A DNA stretch of 64,000 nucleotides from positions 1-64,000 of the forward strand of contig CBDEUM010000038.1 in assembly GCA_965242925.1 (NCBI GenBank), in the 5' to 3' direction. Source of the DNA: Roseibacillus sp. (GTDB lineage Bacteria > Verrucomicrobiota > Verrucomicrobiia > Verrucomicrobiales > Akkermansiaceae). The notes under the pieces are model-generated. The model was not told the origin of the DNA. It saw nothing but the letters and a program-made list of their open reading frames with translations, and made no database searches. How positions within the stretch are numbered: position 1 is the first letter of the stretch; each line of letters begins with the position of its first letter. Made by a program: the position numbers and the translations under genes. This document shows, one piece after another, positions 9,651-19,125 of this stretch.

Positions 9651-10994
9651 TCAATCCCCGTTACCCAAGGGAGTGTGACTGAGGATGGTCTGATAGATGG
9701 GGCGGCCCTGCAGGCGGCGCCAGAAGAGGAGCAGGGCAATGGAGGTGAAGAGGAGATTGGTGGCCCAGGCTGCGAGAGGGGGAGAGAGGTGACCGGCATC
9801 CCCGAGGGTGAGAAAGATCTTGGAACAGAGGAGCATGGCTCCGATGAGCAAGGCTGCCATGGCCACTCCTCCTGCGGTGCCGCGACGGCTGAAGACGATG
9901 CCGAGAGGGGCGGAGAGAAGGACGACCACCAGGCAAATCCACGGTTGAGACCAGCGGTAATGCCACTGGGTGAGGTAAGATCGGCGCGGCGCCCATTCAT
10001 CTCCCCCATACTGCTGGAGCCAGCTTCGGAGCTCGGGAATCCCGAGGTAATCTTCCTGCAGTCCAGGGGTGACGATCTGCCAGGGGGTTTCGGGAAAATC
10101 GTGGACGAGATAGGGATTGGGCAGATCGGTATCGAATTTTTCAGCGAGGGTGCCGTCGTCCAACCGGGAGCGGAGATCGAGGCGAATGGCGTCGTTGAAA
10201 GCCCATTTCTTGGAACCGGGTGACCAGGTGGCCGACTTGGCATAAAGAACGGAGGTGGGGCCGTCTTCGTCCTTGCTGCGGACCACCACATCCAGGATGG
10301 GATCTTCCGGGGTGTAGTTGTAGGGAAAACTTCCCACCAGCCAGGAGCGGTGAGCGATCCGTTCGGCATCCCGGTGCACGTAGAGCACATTTCGCGCCTG
10401 GCTCTTCGAACCGGACTTGGCGAATTCGATGAGAGCCTCCCGGTAGCCTTCGCCCCATGGGGCCCAATGGTAGTTGAGCAGGAGGCAGGCGAGGCTGAGA
10501 AAGAGACCGACTGCGCCGAGAGGGGCGATCACGCGGGCGACGCTGCGCCCGGTCTGGATCATGGCGATGATCTCCCGGTTGTGAGACAGTCGACCGAGTG
10601 AGTAGAGCAGGCCGAGGAGGAGGCCAAAGGGAATCAGGAGGACGAAGACAGGGGGCAGGGTGACCAGATAATACTGCAACAGGAAGGAGATGATGTTCTC
10701 CGCCTTCTGGAACTCGTCGATGTTGTCGTTGATGTCGACGAGGACATAGATGACGAGGAGAGCGGAAGAGCAGATGCCGACGGCGCCGAGCATCTGGCGG
10801 GTGAGGTAGCGGTCGAGAGCCCCCGCGAAGGCGTAGCAGAGCGCGGCGATGGCGGGGAGGAAGCAGAGCGAGCCCAGGAATACAGGGCGGAGATTCAGGG
10901 TGGTCCGGTCGCTGTCCGGAAATCCGAGGAGGTGAATGTTCACGGCCTGGATCTCACGCGGGACGAGCGTGAGGGCCGCGAGAGTGGCCAGCAC
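9651..10994 (-). CDS. LptF/LptG family LPS export permease (start uncertain)
   Basis: LDRYL; LIPFGLLLGLLYSLGRLSHNREIIAMIQTGRS; periplasmic domain; C-terminal HYRWSQPW...LSPPLAAWATNLLF. Confidence 0.85.
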   Translation of the reverse strand: MLATLAALTLVPREIQAVNIHLLGFPDSDRTTLNLRPVFLGSLCFLPAIAALCYAFAGALDRYLTRQMLGAVGICSSALLVIYVLVDINDNIDEFQKAENIISFLLQYYLVTLPPVFVLLIPFGLLLGLLYSLGRLSHNREIIAMIQTGRSVARVIAPLGAVGLFLSLACLLLNYHWAPWGEGYREALIEFAKSGSKSQARNVLYVHRDAERIAHRSWLVGSFPYNYTPEDPILDVVVRSKDEDGPTSVLYAKSATWSPGSKKWAFNDAIRLDLRSRLDDGTLAEKFDTDLPNPYLVHDFPETPWQIVTPGLQEDYLGIPELRSWLQQYGGDEWAPRRSYLTQWHYRWSQPWICLVVVLLSAPLGIVFSRRGTAGGVAMAALLIGAMLLCSKIFLTLGDAGHLSPPLAAWATNLLFTSIALLLFWRRLQGRPIYQTILSHTPLGNGD

Positions 10995-11043
10995 CGCGAG
11001 AATGACGCAGGGAAGAAACTTGGAAAGCGGAGAGGGGATCGCT

Positions 11044-11071
11044 ACTGGTTATTGGTTGTTGGTTGTTGGGG
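11044..11071. repeat. Imperfect heptamer tandem repeat
   Basis: actggtt attggtt gttggtt gttgggg in the divergent permease/helicase intergenic region. Confidence 0.5.
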
Positions 11072-11171
11072 AGACTGAAGTTAAAACGGGCTCGAGGTCG
11101 AGAAGAGAGATGGGGAGAGACTGTAAATGCCGCATGACCGGGGAGCCCAATGGCACGCCTGCCGCTGCCTT

Positions 11172-13175
11172 ATGATCATACCGGGTGACGCGGCGAGCGG
11201 CTTTTCCCTTGAGGACGAGATGAGGGAGGCCTTCTCAGGAGAGGGACTTTTGGCCGGTTCGCCGGATTTTGAGTACCGTCCCGAGCAGCAGGAAATGGCC
11301 GAGGCGGTGGGTCGTGCGCTGGAGAGCGAAAGTTCACTGGTCGTCGAGGCCGGAACGGGGGTGGGGAAATCGTTGGCCTACCTCCTGCCCGCTATGACCT
11401 ATGGGCTGGAGGAGGGGCGCAAGGCGGTCTTTTCGACCCATACCATCAATCTTCAGGAGCAGCTCATGAAGAAGGATCTGCCTCTCGTGCGTAAGCTGAC
11501 CGGGAGGCCTTTCCACGCTGCGCTTCTCAAGGGACGGGGTAACTACCTTTGTCCGGCCCGCCTCAAGCGTGCCCGTATGAATTGCGGCGATCTGTTCAGC
11601 AGCGATGAGTCGGACGAATTGGAGGCTATATGGAAGTGGTATGAAACGACGCAGGATGGGACCCTGAGTGATCTGGACTTTCAACCATCCCCGAAAGTCT
11701 GGCAGCTGGTCTGTAGCGAGGCGGAAATCTGCACCACCCGCAGCTGTGGAGTGCGGGGCGATTGTTTTTTTCAGGAAGCGCGGAAGGAAGCCATTGAAGC
11801 TGAGGCGGTTGTGGTGAACCATACTCTGTTTTTCTCCCTTCTCGACATGGAATCCCTGATGGAGAATGGCAGCTACTTGTTTCCAAACGACTTTGTGGTC
11901 TTTGATGAGGCTCATACCCTTGAAAGTGTGGCATCGAACCAGCTTGGGCTGCGTCTCAGCCAGGCCGGCTTACGCTTCGATCTCCAGCGTCTCTATAATC
12001 CACGCTCCAGGAAGGGGTTACTGCGAACCCTGGGGATGGGCAAAGCCATGACCGGGGTCGAGCGGGCTCTCTCTGAAGCTGAGGATTTCTTTGGCTTGCT
12101 GGGAGAGGTCAGCGAATTCGGTGAGTGGGGGCGGGAATTCCGGGTGCGCGAACCGGAGATCGTGCCTAACACCCTGGCGGCTCCGTTGCGGGAGCTCTGG
12201 GCTGATCTGGACGCTCTCGCGGACAAGACCGAAAATGAGACGAGTCGCGCCGAGATCCAGGAAGGCGCGCGACGGCTGCGGGAGGCTCACGCAACCCTGG
12301 AGGTCTTTCTTGAGCAGGAGGACGGGGGGTGCGTCTACTGGGTGGAGGCTGGCGGAGCGGACCGCAGTTCCTACGCCATGAGGGCCGCCCCGGTCGATGT
12401 GGCCGGGCGCCTGCGGCCGATCCTGTTTTCGGAGGGCGGGACCGCGATCCTGACCAGCGCGACCCTGGGCACGGGTGATCCCGGGTTGAGCTATTTCCGG
12501 CGGCGGGTCGGGGCGGAGGATGTGGAAGCGCTCCGGATTGGCAGCCCCTTTGATTACCGCGAGCAGATGAAAATACACGTGGTAAAGGCCATGCCCGATC
12601 CCAAGGCCCCGCAGTATGAGGAGGCCCTTGTGAGGTGGATTGAACATTTCCTCCACCGCAGTGACGGACGGGCCTTCGTGCTCTTTACCAGTTATCGCAG
12701 CCTGCAGATGGCTGCCGATGCCCTGGAAGACGTTTGTCATGAGCAGGACTGGCGGCTTCTCGTGCAGGGCAGGCGTTATCCCCGGCACCGCCTCCTGCAG
12801 GAGTTCCGCGATGACGAGCGGAGCGTCCTGCTGGGAACCGACAGCTTCTGGACCGGGGTGGATGTGCCGGGCAGATCCCTCTCGAACGTTATTGTGACGC
12901 GCTTGCCTTTCGCGGTTCCTGATCATCCCCTGACCGCCGCACGACTTGAGCAGATTGAAGAGCAGGGCGGCAACCCTTTCATGGACTATTCCGTCCCGGA
13001 AGCGGTGCTCAAACTTCGCCAGGGAGTAGGACGCCTCATTCGTTCGAGCCGCGATCGCGGCATGGTGGCAATCCTGGACAACCGGGTGGTGACCCGGCGC
13101 TACGGGCGGGCCTTTCTCGACGCCTTGCCGGAAGCGCCGATAGAGATCATCAGCCAGCCTCCGGGGAGCGATTGA
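11172..13175 (+). CDS. DinG/YoaA family ATP-dependent DNA helicase
   Basis: RPEQ Q-motif, EAGTGVGKS, LKGRGNYLC with Fe-S cysteines, DEAH, TSATL, FWTGVDVPG, QGVGRLIR. Confidence 0.92.
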   Translation: MIIPGDAASGFSLEDEMREAFSGEGLLAGSPDFEYRPEQQEMAEAVGRALESESSLVVEAGTGVGKSLAYLLPAMTYGLEEGRKAVFSTHTINLQEQLMKKDLPLVRKLTGRPFHAALLKGRGNYLCPARLKRARMNCGDLFSSDESDELEAIWKWYETTQDGTLSDLDFQPSPKVWQLVCSEAEICTTRSCGVRGDCFFQEARKEAIEAEAVVVNHTLFFSLLDMESLMENGSYLFPNDFVVFDEAHTLESVASNQLGLRLSQAGLRFDLQRLYNPRSRKGLLRTLGMGKAMTGVERALSEAEDFFGLLGEVSEFGEWGREFRVREPEIVPNTLAAPLRELWADLDALADKTENETSRAEIQEGARRLREAHATLEVFLEQEDGGCVYWVEAGGADRSSYAMRAAPVDVAGRLRPILFSEGGTAILTSATLGTGDPGLSYFRRRVGAEDVEALRIGSPFDYREQMKIHVVKAMPDPKAPQYEEALVRWIEHFLHRSDGRAFVLFTSYRSLQMAADALEDVCHEQDWRLLVQGRRYPRHRLLQEFRDDERSVLLGTDSFWTGVDVPGRSLSNVIVTRLPFAVPDHPLTAARLEQIEEQGGNPFMDYSVPEAVLKLRQGVGRLIRSSRDRGMVAILDNRVVTRRYGRAFLDALPEAPIEIISQPPGSD

Positions 13176-13257
13176 TCAAGATTCCGGATAGCGGTTCCTG
13201 CGCGCAGGGGCACAGACTGTTTCGGCCGCCGCAGGTCTGAGCCTCCCGGGCACGTGC

Positions 13258-13947
13258 TCAGAGCAGGACCGAGATCGCTTCCCGCAGCAGGGGAGCGGGC
13301 CATTGTCCGGGAGCGGTGGTCTCCTCTCCGAGATAACCGTAATTGAGGACCGATCCAAGGCTGGCAGCCAACAGGCGCGAGCTGGGGCCGAGGGGCCCCA
13401 TACCCATGAGAGCCAGTGGCAGGGGGGGATTCTCAAGAGCCTCCGCAAGGCATTGCAGATCGGCAGGGCAATCCAGCCAGATGGCGCATTTTGCCACGCT
13501 TGCCCCGGATGCTGCCATCGCCGCGATGGTTTCCTGCAGTTCGCTCCGCGAAGGGCATCGTTCGAAGTCGTGCCAGCTGGCAATTCGGATCATGCCCCGG
13601 TCCTTAGCTTCCTCCCAGAGGGCATTCATTTCAGGCAGAGATCGTAGTTCAAGATCGAGAAGGGAGCCCAGCGGGAGGAAGTCGGTGAGCATTCCGGCCC
13701 GCTGGGGGCAGGAAAGATCGTTCAATCCTCCCTCATCCGGGTGACGAGCAGTGAGCAGGAGGGGGTGGGACGCACGCTGTTTTTCAGCAAATTGGCGGAT
13801 CTCCTGCCCGGATCCAAGTGCATCCAGCCGCAATTCGACGAGATGGCAGTCTGTCACCCCGATGGGGTTCTTAATAACCCTGCAATGTCCCACGGCTCCC
13901 ACGACGAGAGGCCGGTGGCTATGAATCGCTTTGGACAGATCCTCCAT
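13258..13947 (-). CDS. aroD: Type I 3-dehydroquinate dehydratase
   Basis: VELRLD, TAR..EGG, SWHDF, Schiff-base Lys in VAK, MGPLGPSSR, GSVLNYG, APGQ. Confidence 0.85.
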   Translation of the reverse strand: MEDLSKAIHSHRPLVVGAVGHCRVIKNPIGVTDCHLVELRLDALGSGQEIRQFAEKQRASHPLLLTARHPDEGGLNDLSCPQRAGMLTDFLPLGSLLDLELRSLPEMNALWEEAKDRGMIRIASWHDFERCPSRSELQETIAAMAASGASVAKCAIWLDCPADLQCLAEALENPPLPLALMGMGPLGPSSRLLAASLGSVLNYGYLGEETTAPGQWPAPLLREAISVLL

Positions 13948-14121
13948 GGATTACTCCGGAACGAGGACCTTTGTGGGGTGGCTGGTCCCCGGTTGCAAGA
14001 GTGGTTTGCTCCGGCCTCGGGCGTAACCATGTAACTACGTGCATCCTCTTGAGTCCTTACGCAGAATTCTTCTGGTCAAAGGGGTGAGGCGTTTTTAGGT
14101 TTCCGCAACGGTGCGCCCATC

Positions 14122-14769
14122 ATGAAGTCATCCAAAGCCCTGCCACATCTCGTTCATCTTTCATTGTCTCTGGCCGTCTTTGCGGCAGCTCCCGTAGCCC
14201 TCTCGCAGACGGTCAAAAAGATCGAGTCGTCCGATCCCACTTTTGAGGATCTGCAATCTCCCAGTGTGGGAGGCAATACCGGGAAGAAGGCATGGAAATC
14301 CAAGGATTGGCTGGAAGTCGAAGTGAAGGTGAAACTCGACCCGGGTCGAGCGGCTCCGCGTGACGGTTACGTCGACCGTCTCACGGTGCGCTGGTATGTG
14401 GCGGTTGAGAACAAGATCGACAAGGCTGGTCAGAAGTACTTCCTGATGGAGAAGGAAGTGACACACGTGAACGTTCCGCTTGACGAGGACTTCTATCTCT
14501 CCTGTTACCTCTCGCCCGCCACCATCAAGCGTCTGACTGGAAGTGACCGGGCCGGCAAGAATTCAATCACGGCGGTGGGTGGAGAAATAAGTGTGGTGGG
14601 TGCTGCTGCTCCCGCCCGTTTTACTTCGCAGGGCAGCATCAGCAAGCCCTGGTGGCAGTCGCCCACCATGCAGCGGACCAACAAGTATCCACTGCTCAAC
14701 AAGAACGAGACGCCGTTTAAGTTTCTCTGGTGGGACCGTTACCTCGAAATCGCGACCGAGCCGCGGTAG
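14122..14769 (+). CDS. Amuc_1102-like secreted pilus-system protein
   Basis: Signal peptide; KDWLEVEV...YLSP...WW...LLNKNETPF. First gene of a PilM/secretin operon in the order of Akkermansia Amuc_1102-1098. Confidence 0.7.
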   Translation: MKSSKALPHLVHLSLSLAVFAAAPVALSQTVKKIESSDPTFEDLQSPSVGGNTGKKAWKSKDWLEVEVKVKLDPGRAAPRDGYVDRLTVRWYVAVENKIDKAGQKYFLMEKEVTHVNVPLDEDFYLSCYLSPATIKRLTGSDRAGKNSITAVGGEISVVGAAAPARFTSQGSISKPWWQSPTMQRTNKYPLLNKNETPFKFLWWDRYLEIATEPR

Positions 14770-14877
14770 GGCAATTGGCCGTTGCCCCGACCCGGAGTGC
14801 GCTGATCCTGCCCTTCCTAATTCAAAAACATTATTTCAACTACGGGTTGCCCCGTAATTACCTCCTCCAAATACACG

Positions 14878-16740
14878 ATGGCTGACGCAGAGAGTACCGT
14901 TGCACTTAGCATAGGGTCGCAACGCATATCCATGGCGGTCTTTGATCCCGCCAAATCAGGTGGACTGATCCTCAAGTCCTACGGTTCGCAGAGCATTCTT
15001 GCGGATCCCTCTCAGGAGATGATGCGTCTCCCGCAAATCACCCTGGCCGTCAAGGAGTTGGCCACTGCCCTGAAGGTGCAGAAGGAAAAGGTCCGCTACT
15101 CCATGTCCGGACAGTCGGTCTTTACCCGCTTCATGAAGCTGCCGGCGCTCCAGGAGGATAATATTGACGAACTGGTCAAGTTTGAGGCCCAGCAGCACGT
15201 CCCCTTTCCCATCGAGGAGGTAGTCTGGGACTGGGCCATGCTGGACTCGACGGGTCCGGAAAAGGAAGTGGCCCTCGTCGCGATCAAGCGTGACGCCCTG
15301 ACCGAGATCAACGCTACGGTGGCGCAGGCGGGGATTGGGACCAGAGAGGTCGATGCTGCGCCCATGGCCCTCTACAACGCCTTCCGTTACAATTATCCGG
15401 AAGAGGACGCCCCCATCCTCCTCATGGACATCGGAGCCAAGGCCACCAATCTTGTTTATATCGAGGGGACGCGGCTTTTTACCCGCAGCATAGCAGTTGG
15501 CGCGGCCTCCGTTACCACCGCCATCGCCAAGGAATACAATATTTCCTTTGCGGAGGCCGAGAGCCAGAAGGTGACCAACGGAGTAGTTTCCCTCGGCGGT
15601 CGTCACACCGATCAGCTCGACGAGGCAACCGCTCAGCTTGCCACTGTGATTCGCAATTCACTGAACCGCCTGCCGGCTGAGGTGGCGCGGACCAACAGCT
15701 ATTACCGCAGCCAGCAGGAGGGGAACATGCCCACCAAGGTTTTCCTGGCAGGGGGCGGGGCGAACCTGCCCTACCTCCCGGAGTTCCTCGAAGAGAAGCT
15801 GCGTGTGCCCATCGAGCTTTTCAATCCGCTTCAGCGAGTGGCGGTTGGCAAGGCCATCGATGTCGAGCAACTCGGAAGGGAAGCCCACATGGTGGGCGAA
15901 CTGGTTGGTCTTGCCCTGCGGGGAGTGGACCAGACGCCCATCAGGATTGATCTCGTCCCGGATGTGGTAGCCTCCCAACGGGCCACTGCCGAGCGCAAGC
16001 CCTTCCTCGTTGCGGCTGCTGTCATCATGATGGCCGGGTTCGCGGCCTGGGCCATGAACAAGTCCGTTCTCGCCGCTGAGGCGCAGGAAAAGGCAGGGGA
16101 GCTGGAGAAAGTGAAGGACCAGTTGGCTGGACCGGGGGGCAGTATTGAACAGCAGTCCCGGCGCCAGTCCGACCTGCAGGACCTCGCGGATGCCTATGCC
16201 GGGCAGCAGTCGTCGCGGGTGAAGTGGATCAATGTGCTGAGCAAGGTGAAGGACTATTTCAATGATCAGGACGTCTGGATCACCGATTTTGAACCGATGG
16301 GCCTCTACAAGGCCGGGGACGACAAGTCCGGCGAGGCACGGGCGGAACAGAATTTCGCCAAGGCTGCCTACGGGAAAAGCACCCTGCAGAATCTGAAGTC
16401 ATCAAGGGCGGGTGCCCCTCCTGCCAAGAGCAGGAGTCAACGGAAGAAGGGGCCTGCGATTCCGGAACCGCCCCAGGAATCCATCAATGTGATCCGGCTC
16501 ACCGGCTTCTGGAAGTCGGAACCGACCGCGGTGAGCAAGATCGTGGACAAGATCAGGGCCGACCAGGATAAGGACGATGCGGTTTTCGTGTTGAAGAAGA
16601 ACCCTGCCAATCCAAAGAGCGCAAACCTGGCCGACGAGGAGATCCTTCCCCTCCTGAACAGCTCCATCACGGACGAGAACAAGCTGGCAGAGCAGTTCGT
16701 CATGATCCTGCCCCTGAAGAACCCGATTTCAATCAAGTAA
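14878..16740 (+). CDS. pilM: Amuc_1101-like PilM (actin-like) protein with fused TM and PilN-like C-terminus
   Basis: VFTRFMKLP, FEAQQHVPFPIEEVVWDW, MDIGAKATNLV, FLAGGGANL, FNPL, VGLALR, then a TM helix and coiled coil. Confidence 0.85.
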   Translation: MADAESTVALSIGSQRISMAVFDPAKSGGLILKSYGSQSILADPSQEMMRLPQITLAVKELATALKVQKEKVRYSMSGQSVFTRFMKLPALQEDNIDELVKFEAQQHVPFPIEEVVWDWAMLDSTGPEKEVALVAIKRDALTEINATVAQAGIGTREVDAAPMALYNAFRYNYPEEDAPILLMDIGAKATNLVYIEGTRLFTRSIAVGAASVTTAIAKEYNISFAEAESQKVTNGVVSLGGRHTDQLDEATAQLATVIRNSLNRLPAEVARTNSYYRSQQEGNMPTKVFLAGGGANLPYLPEFLEEKLRVPIELFNPLQRVAVGKAIDVEQLGREAHMVGELVGLALRGVDQTPIRIDLVPDVVASQRATAERKPFLVAAAVIMMAGFAAWAMNKSVLAAEAQEKAGELEKVKDQLAGPGGSIEQQSRRQSDLQDLADAYAGQQSSRVKWINVLSKVKDYFNDQDVWITDFEPMGLYKAGDDKSGEARAEQNFAKAAYGKSTLQNLKSSRAGAPPAKSRSQRKKGPAIPEPPQESINVIRLTGFWKSEPTAVSKIVDKIRADQDKDDAVFVLKKNPANPKSANLADEEILPLLNSSITDENKLAEQFVMILPLKNPISIK

Positions 16741-16779
16741 CACACGGGCAACCGCAACTACAAAACCCGGACAAATCCC

Positions 16780-17859
16780 ATGGGAGATTGGATAAAAAAC
16801 AACAAGTTTGAAGCGCTGCTGTTTCTTGGCGTGATCATCGTGGCAGTTGGGGCATTCCTCTTTGGAAGTGAAAAGGATCGGCTCTACGAGGAGGCGAAAG
16901 ACACCTACGGGCAACACAAGCAGTCAGTGATGGGGTTGAAAGGAAAGAAGCCCTATCCCACTCCTGCAAACGCCACGGAGTTTGAGTCGCAGATCGATGA
17001 TTACGAGGAAGTCGTGGATGACCTGCAGGAGAAGATGCTGAATTATCGGCCTGAGACCCTGACAAAGATACCGCCGCCCCAGTTCATCGAGAAACTGAAC
17101 GCCGCGCGTAGCGAGGTCACCCGCTCGTTTGATTCCCACCGCATCGAGTACCCCGGGGAAAAATTCTACCTTGGCTTCGAGAATTACACCGGGGCATTGC
17201 CCAAGGACGAAGCCACCGCTCAGCTCGATTACCAGCTTGGTGCCATGAAGGCCCTTTTCGGGATCGTGGCCAATGCGAGGCCGAGTGCGTTGCTCAATGT
17301 AAACCGGGCCCGGCTCCCGGTTGAAAAGGACAAGGTTGAGGAAGCTCCCAGGGGGCGGGGTGGGCGGTCTGTCAGCAAAAAGTCATCAGCCAAGGAGCCG
17401 CCCTACCACCGGCTTCCGGTAGAGGTGACTTTTCGCTCCACCGAACCAGTGATGCGGAAGATCCTTTCCGGCCTGGCCAGCCACGAGGACTACTATTTCG
17501 TGGTGCGCAGCATCCGGATCCAGAATGAAAAACGGGACCAGGCTCCAGCGAAGGATGACGTAGAATTCGAGGCTCCCGTCGACGAACCGGAAGACGAGGA
17601 TTTCCCGACCTTCGAGGACAATCTGCCGACGAACGATTCCGGCGAACCCGCTGCTCCCGCGGACCCGGTTGCTCCCGCGGACCCGGTTGCTCCCGCGGAC
17701 CCGGTTGCTCCCGATCCCGCCCCTGCCGTTGAAGTGGCAGGGGGGAGACGTATTCTCGGCCAGGTCCTCGGGGCCGAACAGATCAACGTCCTTCTTGAGG
17801 TCGATATCGTTCTCTTCAAGGCCAAGGATGACGGCAAAGATGCCAAAACCAGTCCCTGA
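16780..17859 (+). CDS. Amuc_1100-like pilus-system protein (PilO-like)
   Basis: N-terminal TM helix, coiled coil, FYLGFENY, YFVVRSIRIQN; located after the PilM/N gene. Confidence 0.72.
   Translation: MGDWIKNNKFEALLFLGVIIVAVGAFLFGSEKDRLYEEAKDTYGQHKQSVMGLKGKKPYPTPANATEFESQIDDYEEVVDDLQEKMLNYRPETLTKIPPPQFIEKLNAARSEVTRSFDSHRIEYPGEKFYLGFENYTGALPKDEATAQLDYQLGAMKALFGIVANARPSALLNVNRARLPVEKDKVEEAPRGRGGRSVSKKSSAKEPPYHRLPVEVTFRSTEPVMRKILSGLASHEDYYFVVRSIRIQNEKRDQAPAKDDVEFEAPVDEPEDEDFPTFEDNLPTNDSGEPAAPADPVAPADPVAPADPVAPDPAPAVEVAGGRRILGQVLGAEQINVLLEVDIVLFKAKDDGKDAKTSP
17653..17712 (+). repeat. 18-bp in-frame tandem repeat x3.3 (APADPV)
   Basis: gctcccgcggacccggtt at 17653, 17671 and 17689, plus a partial gctccc. 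Confidence 0.95.
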
Positions 17860-17947
17860 AGAAGCCTCTCCGGGTCCGGAACATCCTTCCGTATCTTCTC
17901 ATCGAATCACCTGCGCTCCCAAACAGACAAATTAACGAACTGATTTC

Positions 17948-19024
17948 ATGGCAAACCTTTCCGAAAGCTACGACAAGGCTGCTCTTTTCTTCTCCCTGCT
18001 TCTTGCCCTGGGGCTCGGGGCAATGGTCCTGATGGCCAAAGGAAAAGTTGAGGAGGACTTTCCGGATGCGAGCGGGGGGTCCCAAGCGAAGGCGCCGGGG
18101 AATCCGGGCGAAGATCTGTATAAGACAGCCACTTCTGAAATTGGGAGCAAGGTCACTCTGGAGGGACCTGTTACCCCAAAGAAGCGCGTGATCGAAAACT
18201 TCGTTGGAACGCCGCTGTTTCTCAAGGGGGACAGCACGACTCCGATAGACCTGGGTGATCCTGACTATGAGATGGTGCATGATCCCATCCCGAACCAGTG
18301 GTGGCTTGATCACCGGATTGATCCGGGTTGGGATAACTCTCCCAGCCTCGATCAGGATGGTGACGGTTTTGCCAACCTTGAGGAATTTGAAGCTGAAACC
18401 GATCCCAATGATCCGAAGAGCTTCCCGCCCCTCATCGCAAAGTTGCAGTGCGCGGGGTTGAAGAAGCGGGAGTTCATGCTGACCTACTCTTCTGACAGCA
18501 CCGTGGGAAAAATTAAGGATGCGGATACTTTCAAGTTCAACCACGAGGAGATCGTGAACAAGAGGAGAGTCAGAACCTCCTCGGATAATATTCAACCCGG
18601 GAAGGGAACGGACTCAAACGTATACAGTAAGGGCGGGGCCCAAATGCGGTATGAATTCAAGAAAATCGAGCAACGGACCTTTAAGAATCCTGGAACAGGG
18701 GTCATGCAAACCGCCAATTTCGCTACTTTTGAGGATGTGGCCGGGGCGAAAAAGGGCGATATTGTCGAACTCAAGAAGGGGTCACGCAACGGGGTGATCG
18801 TCAAGGACTGGACGGCAGTGCTTGTTCTGGCGGCGATCGGGGAGGAGGCCAAGGAGCTCCAGATTGAAGAGCGCAGCCGTTTTGCCCTGCCGTTTGACCC
18901 GGATGCAGCCGAAAAACCCTATACATTTGCCGGAGTCAGCGATGCCGGGGCTGCCATTGTCGAGTGGGAAGAGGACGGGGAGACCAAATCAATGGACCTC
19001 GCCCCCCCCGCCGCGGCAAATTAA
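17948..19024 (+). CDS. Amuc_1099-like pilus-system protein
   Basis: N-terminal TM helix; IPNQWW; DQDGDGFANLEEF..TDPNDP Ca-binding-like motif; located before the secretin. Confidence 0.7.
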   Translation: MANLSESYDKAALFFSLLLALGLGAMVLMAKGKVEEDFPDASGGSQAKAPGNPGEDLYKTATSEIGSKVTLEGPVTPKKRVIENFVGTPLFLKGDSTTPIDLGDPDYEMVHDPIPNQWWLDHRIDPGWDNSPSLDQDGDGFANLEEFEAETDPNDPKSFPPLIAKLQCAGLKKREFMLTYSSDSTVGKIKDADTFKFNHEEIVNKRRVRTSSDNIQPGKGTDSNVYSKGGAQMRYEFKKIEQRTFKNPGTGVMQTANFATFEDVAGAKKGDIVELKKGSRNGVIVKDWTAVLVLAAIGEEAKELQIEERSRFALPFDPDAAEKPYTFAGVSDAGAAIVEWEEDGETKSMDLAPPAAAN

Positions 19025-19125
19025 GACCGATTCGTCAACTCTGAGGTGTTACTCTTTCTGGACTATCAAAGAGAAAAAAAGCTTCACAAAGAAACTGGAA
19101 CTGACAACAACTCGCCTATCACACC

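Noticed and set aside
9551..10390. 5' extension of the 8978..10390 ORF
   Set aside because: Overlaps the permease gene in another frame with Pro/Ser-rich off-frame composition; ATG 9550 is the better start.
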